This document shows positions 1 to 15,200 of a stretch of 64,000 bases of DNA, in pieces. The stretch is from Phoronis australis (Eukaryota > Animalia > Phoronida), in contig NMRA01000103.1 of NCBI GenBank assembly GCA_002633005.1, positions 837,612-901,611 on the forward strand. Direction: 5' to 3'. Numbering within the stretch: the first letter of the stretch is position 1; every line of letters begins with the position of its first letter. The translations under genes and the position numbers were made by a program. The notes under the pieces were generated by a model. That model was not told where the DNA came from. It worked only from the letters and a program-made list of their open reading frames with translations, and did no database searches.

Positions 1-25
1 TCATCAATAGCTAAGGGGCACATAC

Positions 26-282
26 CTGGAAAGGACTGAATGATGTCACGGTGGTTTGAACCAGATTCCAGTTGGAGCCTTGGTTACCGGTGGCCGTCCA
101 AATCGCATATCCCAGCCTTCGCTGCTGTCGGACGTAGACATTCAGTTTACCAATACTGGTGCCCTTCATGTGATATGCAAACCTTAGGCATTGACCTGTG
201 GTCTTTGGGTACGTAGGGGAGATAAGTCTGGCTTTGTCGTTTGGTTTTCGTGGAGCTGACGTCTCAATGAACATGTAGTGTC
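26..282 (-). CDS. Exon E76, MAM25 middle
   Basis: [23 protein letters not shown]...[10 protein letters not shown]...SPFQ; AG/GT flanks, phase 1-0. Confidence 0.9.
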
Positions 283-3200
283 CTGATTGAAAGATTGAAA
301 TGGCTATAAAATGCTAAATTAAGAAATTTGTGTATTTTTGTGTAATACGAATTTTCCATGCTGTGAACATTCCCACTAAACGAGATGATGTCACAACCCC
401 ACTGATCAGGGAAAACTGTGGGGTTTGGCCGATTGAACTAGACCGTATTTATCCACCTTGGCTTTGTTGTGCTCAGCTCACAATCAAAGGGATCCCGCCT
501 AGCTGCTCTAGTCATCGAGTCACGAGCGAGGATAACAGGCTTCGCTCATGCGGATACGATCAGCTGATTACAATCTAGCCTAGATGACCGTACTTTTTAT
601 GAAGAGCGGTTTACATAGTTTTGAGTGTAATCTTTGAAAAGAGGAGAGAAAAAATGTTAGAACAACTTTGAATTTTTCAAATCGGCCCAAGATAAGAGAT
701 TTTGCAACACAGCAACACTCACGATTACTTTCATTCGGTGCGCACGAACACAAAAATATAGGACCCAAGTTATTCAGATTTTGGAACACATGCATTGCAA
801 TATTCAAAATGCGTTTATTTTAGCTCTTACAAGCTGTAAACGACAATGTTAAATTTCATTGTGCTCATTCATCGTCATCCGTCAAATCGGAAATTTCCAA
901 GATGTGATCTGCGGCGTGCAAGTATTTATACAAAACAAATGATCGTTATGTTCCTGAAGTACGAACATTAAGAAACTTTAGCATGCCGTTATTATTGACA
1001 GGGACACGATAAAACCAATTTGGATTTTGACTATAGTCTTGATACAGCGAGCTGGCTGACCACTGCATCAGTGTCTCCGTTAGACCCAGAAATTTCATGC
1101 AGCCCGGGTAGTTCACCTCGTCCCCAACATGTAGATCGAGCCTAAGACTATTAGTGTTAATGTTTTACTCCACGGTAGAGCTAACTACCATTGGCCTGTG
1201 CACACAAAATCTGTGAGTTAACCGGCACTCACCTTGCACGTTGCAGCCGTTTAAGTGAAAAACAATCTAATGAATGCCATTTTCTTGCATAATCCTTCGC
1301 CTTTTGTAACAAAAGTCTGACACGCACGCGCTCGCTCACTCACTCTCATATACGCAGACGAACTTCAAAACAAACGTCACGTGACAACAACATATGTGTT
1401 CAGAGATTTTTCTCATGTTGTGGGGTACGATGTAGCGCAGATTTGGACTCATTTAATCTGGACTCCACATAAAGTTAAAAATTGTAAAACATAAGGAGGA
1501 TTTCAGGTAATTTGTTGAGTCGAAACTGTATTTTTATTCAAGAATTCAAGTTTTCCTATCGATGATCATGATTCAGTGACTTATCAGTCGGCAAGTTTTC
1601 GTCGTGGGATTTCAGCACAATTTTTTTTGAAAAATGATCGTAATTTAACAACCGAGTTTGATAGCAATGCACCACAATTTTGTAGAAAGACTGTCATAGA
1701 CTACAAATACGTCACAGAGACTAAATTTGATAAATTCTAGCTTCCGATTTTACCCACTTCGGAAACCGGGTTTCAACTGCCTTAGGCTACAATAAGCGTC
1801 CCCTCCCTGGGAAATGAATTTTTCTAAGCGCCCGGTATACAGCTTTCCTCCAAGGCCAGGTAATGCTACGACATATTCTTTGTTGCTTGTACGGATTGTT
1901 GCCATATTTTTCTTGTTTCCATAGCATAATGATGACGGAAATGAAAATGTTGCAAATTTGAATTTTAATGTTTGCATAATCCAGAAAATCAGAGGTAAGT
2001 GAACCAAGTTTTTTAAAACACTTTCGGCGAAAGACTAGCAGAAGATGCCCACTCTTTCAAAATTTCCATGAAGGTATTAACTATTCCATGCAGCATTATT
2101 TAACTGGTCTTGGCTAATTATCATTTTATGGCCTGGTCATCCATTCAGCCAAAAGTAGTTCCATAGGTGGCTTATCAGCCAATTATTTACGCATGCTGAC
2201 TCACAATAGAAGCCTGATAAGAGTGAAGGTGGATAAATGCAGTGTTCCTATAGTTTCTTGTGGTAGTGGATGTGTTCATGACATGCAAAGGTTTTGAAAA
2301 TATAGCCACACACAAGAGCATGCAAGTCATGTCCATTTTCAAGTTTCTATGACAACTCTAGAATTCACCCACTTCAGGACCCAGGAATTTTGGAGTAGGC
2401 CACTTCCAAACACTTACCAAAATCTGTGCCATATGTGTGGTCGGCAATGGGGCCAGTATTAACAGACTGAGTGGTGAGTTGGTTTCTCGTCCAATCAAAA
2501 TTATCCGTCTTGTCTTGTACGTAGCCACACAGGTCCGCCTGCTCAAAGTCACAAACAGCTGTAAAAGAAAGTTGACAGCATAATAATCTTACTAGACCTT
2601 TAACAGTTAGACGGAGATGCTGCATGTGCAATGGATTGTGGGAAATCATGTTTCTAAAAGAGCAGCGTATTCACGTCCAGTCACCAGATGGCGAGAAGGA
2701 AGGATGTCCCACAAACCTCTACTCCCATCAGTTTTTTCAAAAAGAACAATTGAAAGACATGCTGTATCAAGTGTTTCACAATTCAATTTCCTTTAGTGTG
2801 GACACAGACAAGCGAGTTTTACAACTAAATTCAGTCCTTGAATGCCAAACACTGGATTTTAAGCAGAATTGCGGGTTCTAAATATCGGTTACAAACCTGT
2901 TTCACGAAAGTTATTCAGGACTTAAGACAGAGTTTTGGTTTTAAGGCCTGACTTCACAATTGCTGTATAAAAGTTTAGCCAAGTACTTAAGAGTGCATGA
3001 CAGTCTAGAAGTAATGTATAATTATAACTTATCTCATAAAGTAGCAGTGATGTGCATATTTTCAGAGATTGCACTTTAGCTCAAGTGAGATTTCATTATT
3101 TTTCACAAATATTTGTGTGAAGTTAAGACCCACGTTCTGACAAGTCTACAGGGCTGTTTGTTCATCTTCTAAACTCAAAATAGACATCAGATACACTTAC

Positions 3201-6200
3201 GAGATGGTGGACATCTGCCGTCATTGATTGACAGGTCATCCAGTGCAATGTCTCCCTGATAAAAACCAAAGTTTGGTGCTTGTTTGCTCTCAAATACAAT
3301 CTGCAATCAAGATTATTATCATAGTATACATTAGATGGAAATGTCCACTTTTACCAAGACCACCAGAGACACCTCTGGAATAACCTAGTAACTAAAACTG
3401 TTGAACTAATGACAAAAATCAGAAAAAAGCATTGAAAAAGACAGGAAAAAAGATCTGAATCATGCGATATAATTTCATATTTCACAACTAAATCATCTAT
3501 AGTCCAATATCTTATCCTCTTTTAGAGAACAACCATGTCTTCTAACCCCGTGGTTAAATAAGTCTTACTAGACAATTCTACACCACAGAGCGCTACAACA
3601 CTCCTGCACTCTCCTTTGGGTACAGTGAGTCGTGAATGAAACAGTGACATCTATTCAGATTACGTCTTTTGTAAGTTTTGGGTAGGTCAGCTGAGCCATA
3701 GTTGTGTTCTGGTCATTATATGGTATCAAGGTATCAACTATGTTATTAGGCCTCACTGAAGACTGCTAAACTGGCAATAGTCATTTGCAGTCGTCACTGA
3801 TTTTGAGAAATAATTTGATGTTATTCAGTGGAGAAAACTGATTCACAAAATGTGGGGCCCACAGGTGACTATTACTGCTAAACCCACCACATAAATTGAC
3901 CATTTCTCTACCCTGGTGGTAGTATTGTCTATGCAGGAACTCCAAGGCCATGAGTACAGAAAGCATGTTGATAGTCACCAGGGTGCGCTACTGAAGATAA
4001 GGCTTTAAGGTCAGAACAACTAGTTGTTCATCAGCACAGAGGAGCTCGCGACATTAGTCACATGTGACCACCAGAATGGGTGCATACATTTCTACGTCCA
4101 CTGCTGTCTCATTAATTCCACTTTGTGAATTTTAACGTCGCCATTATTTCACATGCAAAAGCAAGTGGGTAATCATTATGTGTAAAATGTGTAGGTGCCC
4201 CATTTTTTCATAATGTAAAAACGTGAGTAAACTCAAGATATTCAAAAACTAAAAATACACGACGTAAACTGTAAGCTTTCCATTTACTTCATAACATAAA
4301 AGTGTGTAAAATCACGACTCCCATAACTGTGCAAGATCCCCATTATTTCACGTGCAAAAGGAAGTTGAGTAAACTTAGTGTGTCAGCTTCCCATTATTTC
4401 ATTATGTGAAACATTTGTGCTCACATGTGTAAACTGTGTAAAATCCCTGCTATTTCACATGCAAAAACATGTGTGTAAATTCTGCAAGATCCAAAGACAT
4501 GAGTGTATACTATGTAAGACCCCGCTATTTCAGATGCAAAAATGTGACTGACTGTGTAAATTCTGCAAGACCCATATTATCCCAAGTCCACAAACATGCA
4601 TGAAAACTACGAAAGATAATATCCACTATTTCATAATGTAAAAACATGTGTGTAAACTCTGCAAGGTCCCTATTATCACAAATTCAAAAATGTGTGTAAT
4701 TTGTGCAAGATGTCCTTTACCTGAAAAGTCGACGGTCTCTGAGGTATGAAGACCTGGCCATAAAGCCACGAGTCACCTTGAGTACCCTCCTTCTGCCAAA
4801 CAGCCTTACCCAGTGTGGAACCTGCAAAAGGTTTCCAACAGGTGACTATAAGCTCCGCACAATACGCCTGATGCCAGACCATTAAAAAATTCACACCTGG
4901 TAGCAACCAGAATGCATACATGCCATGTTTGATAAAAAGACGAAACTCAAACTCGATTGCACTATTAGGTGGCAAAAAGCAGTCTAGCTACAAATACAGT
5001 TAAATGCTTAATAGAATAGACTAAAGTCACACAAAACAAGCTTATGGCTAAAAAAACCTGGTAGCACATTAATAATTGATAAATTCCACTTGTTATGCAT
5101 TACACAATTCAACGTTACATCAAAAAAGACCATATCCTGCTATCATGCATTTAATACACATAAATTCTATACTAATAACTGCAAAAACAATTTTTGTGTT
5201 TTATAGTTTTCTAGAACCTTTGGGTTCACATAAACAATCCACAACCCAGTTGCCATAGACACGGGCACTGTTGCCATGGTTACTCACCCGTCTTCATGTA
5301 AACATTGAGCCTGTAGATGTGCGAGCCATACATGTGGTACCAGAACTTGACACACTTGCCTCCATTAGAGGATGACATTGACGGACTGACGAGGCGCGCG
5401 GTGTCGTTAGGGCGAGCCTTGCTGGCCTCAATGTAGATAAAGTAGCCTGGAAGGGAGACACAAGACTTGTAGACACCATCAATAGTTATCAAAATTATCA
5501 TCATGCCAATTATTAATAATAAATAAATCATTATTAGATAATAATTACAGTAATAATCATAACTATGATAGATAAAAATACAACAATACAATGACTTAAA
5601 TGCTACTGCAATCATAATTACCATAATTATAATTATTATAATTACCATCATAATCTTTATTATTATACTTGAAAAGACGGTCAGTATTGTTAACAACAAA
5701 GTAATTATCAGAACTGATATCATTATTTGTGATAATTTTCATAGTAGAGCTGTTTTAAAATGCAGGTATTTATAACAACAATTTATATAACCATAAACAC
5801 AACTAATAACATTATTTGACTGTAATTTTCTTTTATATTATAAGTGCATACCTTACTATTTTACTGTGGACTAGAGCTCAATATCTGGCAAACAGATGAC
5901 AAATTTTCTTTATTTGTTTTATACAATCAATGAATTTCGTTTAGTCCATGCTATCATCTGTTTTAAGGAATGCTAACGTACAGTGCGATACTGTTGTAGC
6001 TATCAGATGTACAGTGATACTGTTGTAGCTATCAGAAGTACAGTGATACTGTTGTAGCTATCGGAAGTACAGTGATACTGTTGTAGCTATCAGATGTACA
6101 GTGATACTGTTGTAGCTATCAGATGTACAGTGATACTGTTGTAGCTATCAGATGTACAGTGATACTGTTGTAGCTATCGGATGTACAGTGATACTGTTGT

Positions 6201-9200
6201 AGCTATCGGATGTACAGTGATATTGTTGTAGCTATCAGATGTACAGTGATAGTGTTGTAGCTATCGGATGTACAGTGATATTGTTGTAGCTATCGGATGT
6301 ATAGTGGTGATACTGTTGTAGCTATCAGATGTATGAAATAAAGAAATTATGATTCATCCATACAAAAACAGAACCAAAACAATGGCTTTCAAACATGGCA
6401 GTGTGTACGGCAGATTGAGTTTTGAAAGCACCATTGGCCTGCTGACGTTTTTAACAGCAAAAGCCAAACAAATATGATCAGAAAACAAGAAATGGGGAAT
6501 GACCTTCAGGAAGGACTATGCTAACTACAATTTTATTTTCACAGTTTGCTTGTGTTATGTTGAATCCCAACTGCTCACCATTTCCACTGAGGGTGGTGTG
6601 GTCACCCTTCGGTCCGGTGAAGAAGGACGGTGTTCCGTTTCTGGCCAGCGTCCAGTCCACCTGGTCAGTCAGATCTTGAGTCCAGCCACAGAAAGTGTTC
6701 TGTTCAAAGTCACAGTCAAACTGAGATGGAGCTACAACACACAAAAGACATTTTCCAATGCAGTGGTGATGTGTAGCAATAAGCTATGTCAACAGATGGC
6801 GATAGCGTAGTTTGTGGACAAAGGTATTGTTCCATCCAAATTTTTTGGGAGACTTGTATGAACCAGTAAGGTTTCAGTGGTTTTTAATTTTTTTGTATTT
6901 ATTTACAATATGTCAAATTACACTGTTGTGTAAGTAGATGTTTACATGACAGTGTTGCAAAACATCTGTGAATGGAAGAAAATTAACTTTCACCATTGTC
7001 AACTTGTCCCTTCTTGTCCGCCTGTATCTCAGTCTGGATCACGCACAATTCACTTTTGTGTTTTCACAACACAAAAGTGTTGCATGCATGACATTACCTG
7101 CAGCTTATATTCCTTCCCATTAAAATCAGACAAATACTGATGGCCACCAGGTGAACAGTTTGTTGCATATGTTAGATGACAGTGACGGACTTTGTATAGG
7201 TGGATGCAATGTTGTCCCTGATTGATGAATAATTTGAAGAACTCGCAGCAAATATCATGTGTACAATTTTGTATTGACAATGACGACAACACTGCTGGTA
7301 CTAGACAACCCTGTTCCCATAATGCAACAATAAAAGTTATCCAGTGAATAATTATGTGTGATATTAATAATATTTACTTAAAATAACTTGCAAGTCATCG
7401 AAATTAATAAATGATAAAGCATGAGAAAAACAGAATGACTTGTACAAAACAATTATTTCTTAGGGGCGGGATAGAGTTGCGTATACAGAACGGTTTGCAA
7501 GGAAAATCAAAATTTTGAATAATCTCACGAATGAAAGGTGAGTGTTTTGTAAACATGTTCCGGAGTTTACAGCCCTATCCTAGCAAAAAGACGTTGATTG
7601 TGAGTTTGGGGCATTGAATTATGGGACTGAAATCACTGTCTTCGCCTCATAAGTGAAGATTTTTCACCGCAAGTGTAAGCTAAGCTAATGCCTTGACATC
7701 TACTGAACCCAGTCCTGGTTATGTCAACTAAGTCATTGGACTTTGGTCATTACAAGGATTTACAAAAATCTTATTAGGCCTCATTTGAGCCTGCTAACTG
7801 ACCTATCGCACGCAAGCTCCTACCCTTGCAAAATGTCAACAAACAAACAATAAGTTTTATGCGGCACCATGTTGTTTATCAGGTAAAATGGGGCTTGGAA
7901 ACGAATGTGTGTCAAGAATGCTGCGTTCTGGTTGGTCATTCAAGCCGCCACTCAAAATCCTGGCGATAGGTCAACTGGACCATGAAAACTGACCATAACT
8001 ACTCTCCTGGTGGGTAAATGGGGTTTAGTGGTAGCTATGTTTATGGATATAGAACCACTCTGTAAGTTCACTGATAATGTCTGGCTATCTAACGTACCGA
8101 ATGTGACAGGCTGTGTGGTAGACGGAACGGCTGGTGTCGTCGTTGGTTGCGACGCACACGTTCCAGGACGGAGAGCAATGTCATCGACGGCCATGTCTCC
8201 AAGGTGAATACCAGCTAGGTTTGGTGACAACTGGCTGTCGAATATCAGCTGTAATACATGAGAAATAGAGTAGATTATTTCTCAGCAATAGACTTTTTGT
8301 GAGATACGTCACAATAGGTGGAGTTTTGTTTCACTGCCCTTGACATGGTATTACTAACTTGCACAGTGGGAATCCGCTTTGATTTATTAGACCTCATGCT
8401 GGTTTTCCACATGCAACACAATATACCTTAGGAGAGGTTGGAAACCATTATCCACTATCATTTTAAAGGATTATGTCATGGCTACCTTCAGGCAATGTTT
8501 CTGAGCAATTATGAGCATTTAAACTCATGTTAGAAGCTTTTAAAAAGAGAAGAAAAGACACATTTTGGCAAACAAATTTGTTCAAAATTGGAAAGAAGTT
8601 ATTGTAAAGAAGGCTCCAAAACATAATGACAACTTGAGACTATAGCAGATCAAATGTGTTGCACAACATTTGAGGTGATCGAATGCTGACCTGGAAGTTA
8701 GTTGTACTCGACACGTCGATGGCGGCGTACTTCCAGACGTTGCCCTGGTTACCAGTTACATTCCAAACCATGACTGACTTAGACGGCTGAGCTAGGTACA
8801 GACGTAGGGCTCCGATATCTGGGTAGAAAACAAATCACTCATACCTCTAGTAATGCATATTTAGGTAACAAAATTTTAACTATTAATTACAACCTGTTCA
8901 GTTCAGTATCATCTTTGGCTTGGAGGGGCTAACAAGTCACATTGCAGCTTAAAATTTCCAAAGGGTTGTAAATCATACGTACTTTCACACACAATAGACC
9001 TCTTGAAATTGACATGCAAGTATTGGCATGTGAAAGTAAACACAGCTTAACAAGGGGCTTATGGTCCAGATTGAGACGATAATTGTTTTATTACCTACAA
9101 TGGGTTTGAATAGCCAAGCCCAGAATGTAAGGTTAAGCATCAAACACAACAGCAGCTTGCCAAAAATTACATGCAGTCATCACTGTTACATTAACATACG

Positions 9201-12200
9201 TGGATTTCTTTTTCCTAAATAAACTGCTTGTGAGATGAAAATTGGATATTGTGAGATATATTTAGAAGACCAACTGAACAGTTAACAATCAGGATGCCCC
9301 ACAAGACAAGGAACTAGCAAACAACCAGATCCATGTTTGCTGTAAGGAATTGTAATCTCCATACATCTGCTAAGCACAGGCTGTTCGTCAACTTTTGATA
9401 TAAAACACTAAATTCTGAATAAAGCCATTACCGTACTAAAAAATTGTTTGAAATAATTTCACCTTATACCGTACTCAGAATACAAGCGTTTCCGAGTGGA
9501 AGAGGACTTTAGAAATATCATGATGGCTCCTAAATTTTGAATTACCTACCTTGGAACAGATGGGCTTGCAATTTTAGCAACACCTCTGGAATAAATTGAT
9601 TATATGACTGACCACTAGATGGAGTTGGCAGTCATTAGATTCTGGTAATTAGCAGTACTTACTTCTTCCGAACATGTGATACCAGAAACTGTAGCACGAG
9701 GCACTGGTAGGCTGAAGGTATTCACTGTAGAGCCACGCCCTGTCACCGCTCTGCCGGCCAGACGCCTCAACAAACATGTAGAACCCTGTAGACAAGCACA
9801 ACAAAGATAAAAACTTTCTATTATAAGTGTTCTACTAGTATAAAATCTTGACGCATCATGCCTTAGGTTTTGAACACAAGGGAGCTAAGATAATTCCACA
9901 GTCACCACTAAAAAGCAAGTTGTCCTTTGACACCATGAAATCTAAATTAGAATGAGACTAAATTGAACAACATTACATCGCAGGTTGAAGCAGAAATTTA
10001 AGACATCTTAATTACAGTCAGTTAATGAATAGTGCGTATGAGATCATACCGCGTCATGTAATGACACAGAAAAGCACCCTTACTAATATGTAAAAGATGA
10101 ACATAATAATGTACAGTCATAATCACCTTGATCAGAGTTGGTAGTGTGATCGACACTAGGACCCGTGTTGGTGGACAAAGTCCCTCCTGCTGTGCGCTGC
10201 CAATCAAACTGGTCGCCATTGCGAGTGTTAGTGAAACCGCACAGGCTCTGCTCAAAGTCACATGTCGCTGGTGGCGGGCACGCTCCAGGGATGATCATGA
10301 TGTCGTCAAGAGCCATGTCACCCTGGAAACCACGACCGCGGACACCTTCAAAGACAACCTAGAAAAAGAAGAGAAAATGCGAGATACATGTACGAACAAC
10401 AAAGACAGAAATCAAATCGAAACTCAATTTAAGCAATCATTCTATTCTTAAGCCTGTTTATTTCCCAGACAAGCTGTAAAAAAAGTTCAACACCAGTTGA
10501 AACACTGATCAGAAAAACAATACATTTTCTCTGTAAAACATAATATACCATAGGCCAATCTCATTTTGGAATAAAAAGAAAAGGCACCAATAACACACAT
10601 TTTCTTTTCCTAGATCCGAATGTGATCAGTTTCCATACACATCAATGACATTAGCTACAACAATCATTCTAGAATCACTACACTTTCTAAACTACACTTT
10701 CCAAACTATCAGGCAACGTGTAAACAGTCATGCACGGTCCATAATTACAGACCATTTCAAGAGCGTACAAACCATGCTCCTTTTGAAAAACCCCCTTATC
10801 CTCTACATAAAGAGCACTGCCTACCATAGTCTTTCTCACAAACATTTTTCGAAAATAATGTTTAAACATCTATACTGACCAATAATGCCCGTCCCCAGCA
10901 TAATTTAAGAATGATGCACAGTGCAGACAGTGCTATCATACACTCATTTCATTTCCCATAATTCAACATCACAACTATGCATACACCCACCTGCCACTTC
11001 GAAGGTCGCTGGACTGTGATCTGGTTGAACAGCCAGACATTTCCACGGTTACCCGAGACTGTCCAGACGGGCGAGCCCATGACTCCATTCGAATTGGTGA
11101 TGTAGACATTCATTGTGCCCATGCTCTGTCCGAACATGTGGAACCAATACTGCACGCATTCTGGCTCCTTGGGGTTGGGATCGTACTGCCGACTGTACAG
11201 TCTGGCAGTATCGCCAGCCGTTGATGGGCTCGATGTCTCCAGGTACACATAATAACCTAAAACGACATTTGTAGTTATAAGTATCATTCACAACACCAGC
11301 GGCTGAGATCTGTTTGGTTTTGTAACAGTCTTTGAATTGTGATAGATACTTGGACTGCAAGTCATGTACAAATGACCACAGGAATACTTAACAATGGACT
11401 GGATGGATGTTTGAGTTAGGTTCGATTTGGAAACATTATCGCCAGAACTTGAAACCAAATGGGAGGTTCTTGGAACGTATTCACCCAAAAGTTCGTAAAA
11501 CAGCAATCTGTAACAACATAACGCCCGTTTGAGAACAACTCACTACATCCTGCTAGAAATTAGTCAGACCATGAGTGAATCAAGTTTATGGCTGCTGAAT
11601 GCTTAAGTCACTTACAGGGGTCCCGTGTTTTGAGAACCAGTTTTTCCACTGAGTAATTGGCACCAAACTGGTTCTCAAAATATGGGATCCATGTCAGTAA
11701 CTAATACTACTGTATGTATAACAGGATGTCTTGATAATCACCGTTCATTTCCCAACAAGTCACAGTTCAACTCACCATATGGACTGTTGGTGGTATGATC
11801 ATAGCGCGGTCCAGTGTTTCTGCTAGCTGTACCGTTGCGTCCTCTTATCCAATCATAGTTAGGCGTGTCGCGCTTGTCTTGCAAGAAGTCGCAAAAGTCC
11901 ACTTCGAAGTCACATTGTTCTAGAAAAGATACAAGTGTGAAGACCTGTAGTCAGTAAATCAAAAAAATTGCCACTTGCTGTAAAAATGAAATCAATGTAT
12001 CAGTGTCAGACTTGCGAGAAAGATACTTCTAGTTCCTTTAACATCACAGATTCATTCTCACAGTGTTATCGGGTCTCTTAATATAATCAAAAACTTATAA
12101 TCAAATCAAAAACATCGACCAAGTAAGCGTGTTTCACAAGAACACAGCACACGGTGTATCAAAAAATAAGGTTTTATGAACTAATCAGAAGAGAAAATTT

Positions 12201-15200
12201 GTTAAAAGTACAGATCAAAAAGTTGATAAAGTTCAGTCAAACCAAGCATGGGTGCTGATCCCCATTAGCACAATATGTGCTAAAAGGAATTTGTCTGGAA
12301 AAAGGCTGGTTCTATGGCCAGACACTAGATGGAGTTAGTAGTTGATACACTGGGACTTAAACCACCAGAAAGTGTGCTTCAATAGTAAGACAAGTTGAGC
12401 TTCATGGGAGACAATCGGTTTATTAGTTCGAAAAAGACATTTTGGTTATCATGTTGGGCACGATAGACTTAGTTATTAGACTTAGTTACAAGTTTTGAAA
12501 GAGCTATAAAACACCATGGAACAAGAAATCACAGCAGATTCATGACGGTGGCTTCTAGGCAGTCAGCACACATTGGCATTTAGTACGCCAAACAAAGCAT
12601 TAAATTATGACCACTGAACTCATGGATTCAAATACAGCTTAGTGTAGACCACAAATACAGAAATTGTTGCTGACAATGTAACTTTGAAGCTACATACTGG
12701 CAGTGGGGCACGGTCCATCCGTCACAGTGATGTCATCCAGGCCTATGTCACCCTGCCACGAGTCACCAACCACACCTTCAAACAAAATCTGCAACACAAC
12801 AAAATCATAACCAAGATTTGTCCCGATAGACATGAACCACCACAAACAAACTATGACGGTCACCATAAAATTTGTGTATTACTTGGCAGCTCATGAGGGA
12901 CCTTATAGAGGTGAAAATTCAAGCCAAAACCAAATTAAATTTACTCCATTCCTTGCCAACACTACAAAGATCCAGCTAACTGGGCTGCCAACAATCAACA
13001 GTTTCACGGCGTGAGATGCCATAAAGGATTACATCAGTGACCAAGCAGCCCAAGAAAGTGGACTGAAATCAGTGGACTATTGTGTTCATATTAGCAAACT
13101 CTAACTGTTGGATGAGGATCATCCAACAGTTAGTTTGCTAGTATAAACACAATAGTAAATTTCTCATGTAATATCTACTGTATGATTCCTTAACTCCAAT
13201 TGTGGACCACAAGGCAGATTTAGACATTCTCGCTAGCAAATACCACGTGAGGACGAACAATTAAAAATCCAATATTTTAAAAGCGTCTGTGGCGAACTAA
13301 CCTGGAATCTGAGTTGTGAGTTCACAGTTTTCTGCGCCTGTCGCCACACATTACCCTGAGTACCAGTCTTGGACCACAAGCGTCCTTTGGCTTGAGACGT
13401 CTGCATGTATACGTTGAGTGTATTCACGTGAGCGCCAAACATGTGGTACCAGAAGGTGAGACAACGGCCTGTAGGAGGCGTCTTGGACAGAGTGCCAGAT
13501 GTCAGCACCGCCCGATCGCCAGGCTTGCGCGGGAGAGATGACTCCATGAAGATGTAGAAACCTACACAGTACGATATTATTATTAATATTATCCATGTTA
13601 ATACTATTAGTGGCAACAGTCTAATATAACGTGCCCGTATTTTGAGAATCAGTTTGATGCCTGTTATTCAGACCATTACCCTATTACTGACTTACACACT
13701 GATCATTTGTGCATTAACAATGATTTTTGTATTGTCAGAGCTACAACTCATATCTTGATGACATACAGCACAAATATTTATTAGTTCATACTTAAAGCAG
13801 ATACCTGATTATCATCATCATTATTATTATTATTACTACTGCCACTGTTACTATTATTATTAGTTGTAAATATTTTATCACCAGAATCATTATTATTAAC
13901 TTGTAAATATTTTATCACCAGAATCATTATTATGTAACTTGTAAGTATTTCATCACCAGTATCACAGCAGTGGCTAATGATACGATCGTATTGATTCTGA
14001 AACTCAACATTCATTTGAACTCATGCAAACCTCTAACAACGCTAGACTCTAACTCACCTTTACCAGTTGTGTGGTCACGTCCTGGCCCTGTGCCAAGACT
14101 GGGCGCGGATGCATTGGAGCGCGTCCAATCAAAATCATCCGTGGTAGATTGGAAGTAGTCGCACAATCCACTTTCAAATGTGCAGTTAAGGCCTGCAATT
14201 GAATGTTGACAACTAAACAGCCACTCAATGGAAACTAGCAACAACAGAATGTCAAAAGGTTAGTATGAACAAATAAAAAATGCCAAAATTTTATTGACAC
14301 TTCACTTGCCCCAACAAGTTGGAGGTATATCCCTAACAACCGTTTCCATAGAAAATCTTCTCTTTCAAGAGGCTCAAGCACACATAACAACCACCCACCC
14401 CGGAAATGCAAAGAAATGTTGATAACTTTATACAATAAACTCTACAACAGATATTAAGTCATAAAAATGCCTGGGTATTAGTCTGTAACAGAATTATGGC
14501 AATGTAAATGGTACTTACTGGTTGACTGAGCCTGTAGGTGCATTTTACTTTTTACTGACAATGCCCAGTTCTGATATAATGGTGTCTTGTTTGAACTGCC
14601 ATTTACTTACTTTTGTCCACATACACCTGGTTGGGGTCACAATCTAAGAAGGTGACATCATCGATGGCCACATCAGAGTTCGTGTTGAATCTGACTGAGG
14701 GCGATGGTCGGGCTTCAATCTGAATCTGCAAAAACCACAAACTTTTTATAAAGGGGAAAAAGATTATCTGAAATAAAAAATGTTTTACGCCGAGAGTCTT
14801 AAATGTCCTACAGCACATGCCAAATGTATTCAAACAAAATGCCTGGGTGGAAGCTAAATTCAACGTTATGGTAGTTTTCTGCCATGACCAAAAATAAAGG
14901 GAATTTAACAGGAAAGTTGGCAAGATGGCTAAGCTATTCAGTAATTAGAATTTTGCCGCCCCAATAATTATTGCGTGTGAGTTTTGCAGTTGAAATAATT
15001 AGCCGTCATGACAGGAGAATGGTATTTTGTTCAATTACTTTTGTCTTCAACTGTACGTTCAGACGTCAACTGCAAGATGGACAGTTTGGGTTGAAAACTA
15101 TCCAATATGCACGCGTTGTGTTCACTAAATCCCCAGAAGCAATCCTTGGATGCAATGAGAGCTGCAGATACGTAGGACCTGTGAAGATTTCGTAACACAT

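Noticed and set aside
3761-3800. ctgaaga-ctgc...gcagtcg stem as a hammerhead ribozyme (also ctgatgag at 43747)
   Set aside because: The required GAAA core after stem II is missing.
5447-5723. Hydrophobic Ile-rich N-terminus of ORF 5280-5723 as a signal or transmembrane segment
   Set aside because: It is a translation of AT-rich low-complexity intron; the real exon starts at the AG acceptor (boundary 5446).
5978-6333. 29-bp direct repeats resembling a CRISPR array
   Set aside because: Units are head-to-tail with no unique spacers, there are no cas genes, and they lie in a spliceosomal intron; this is a minisatellite.
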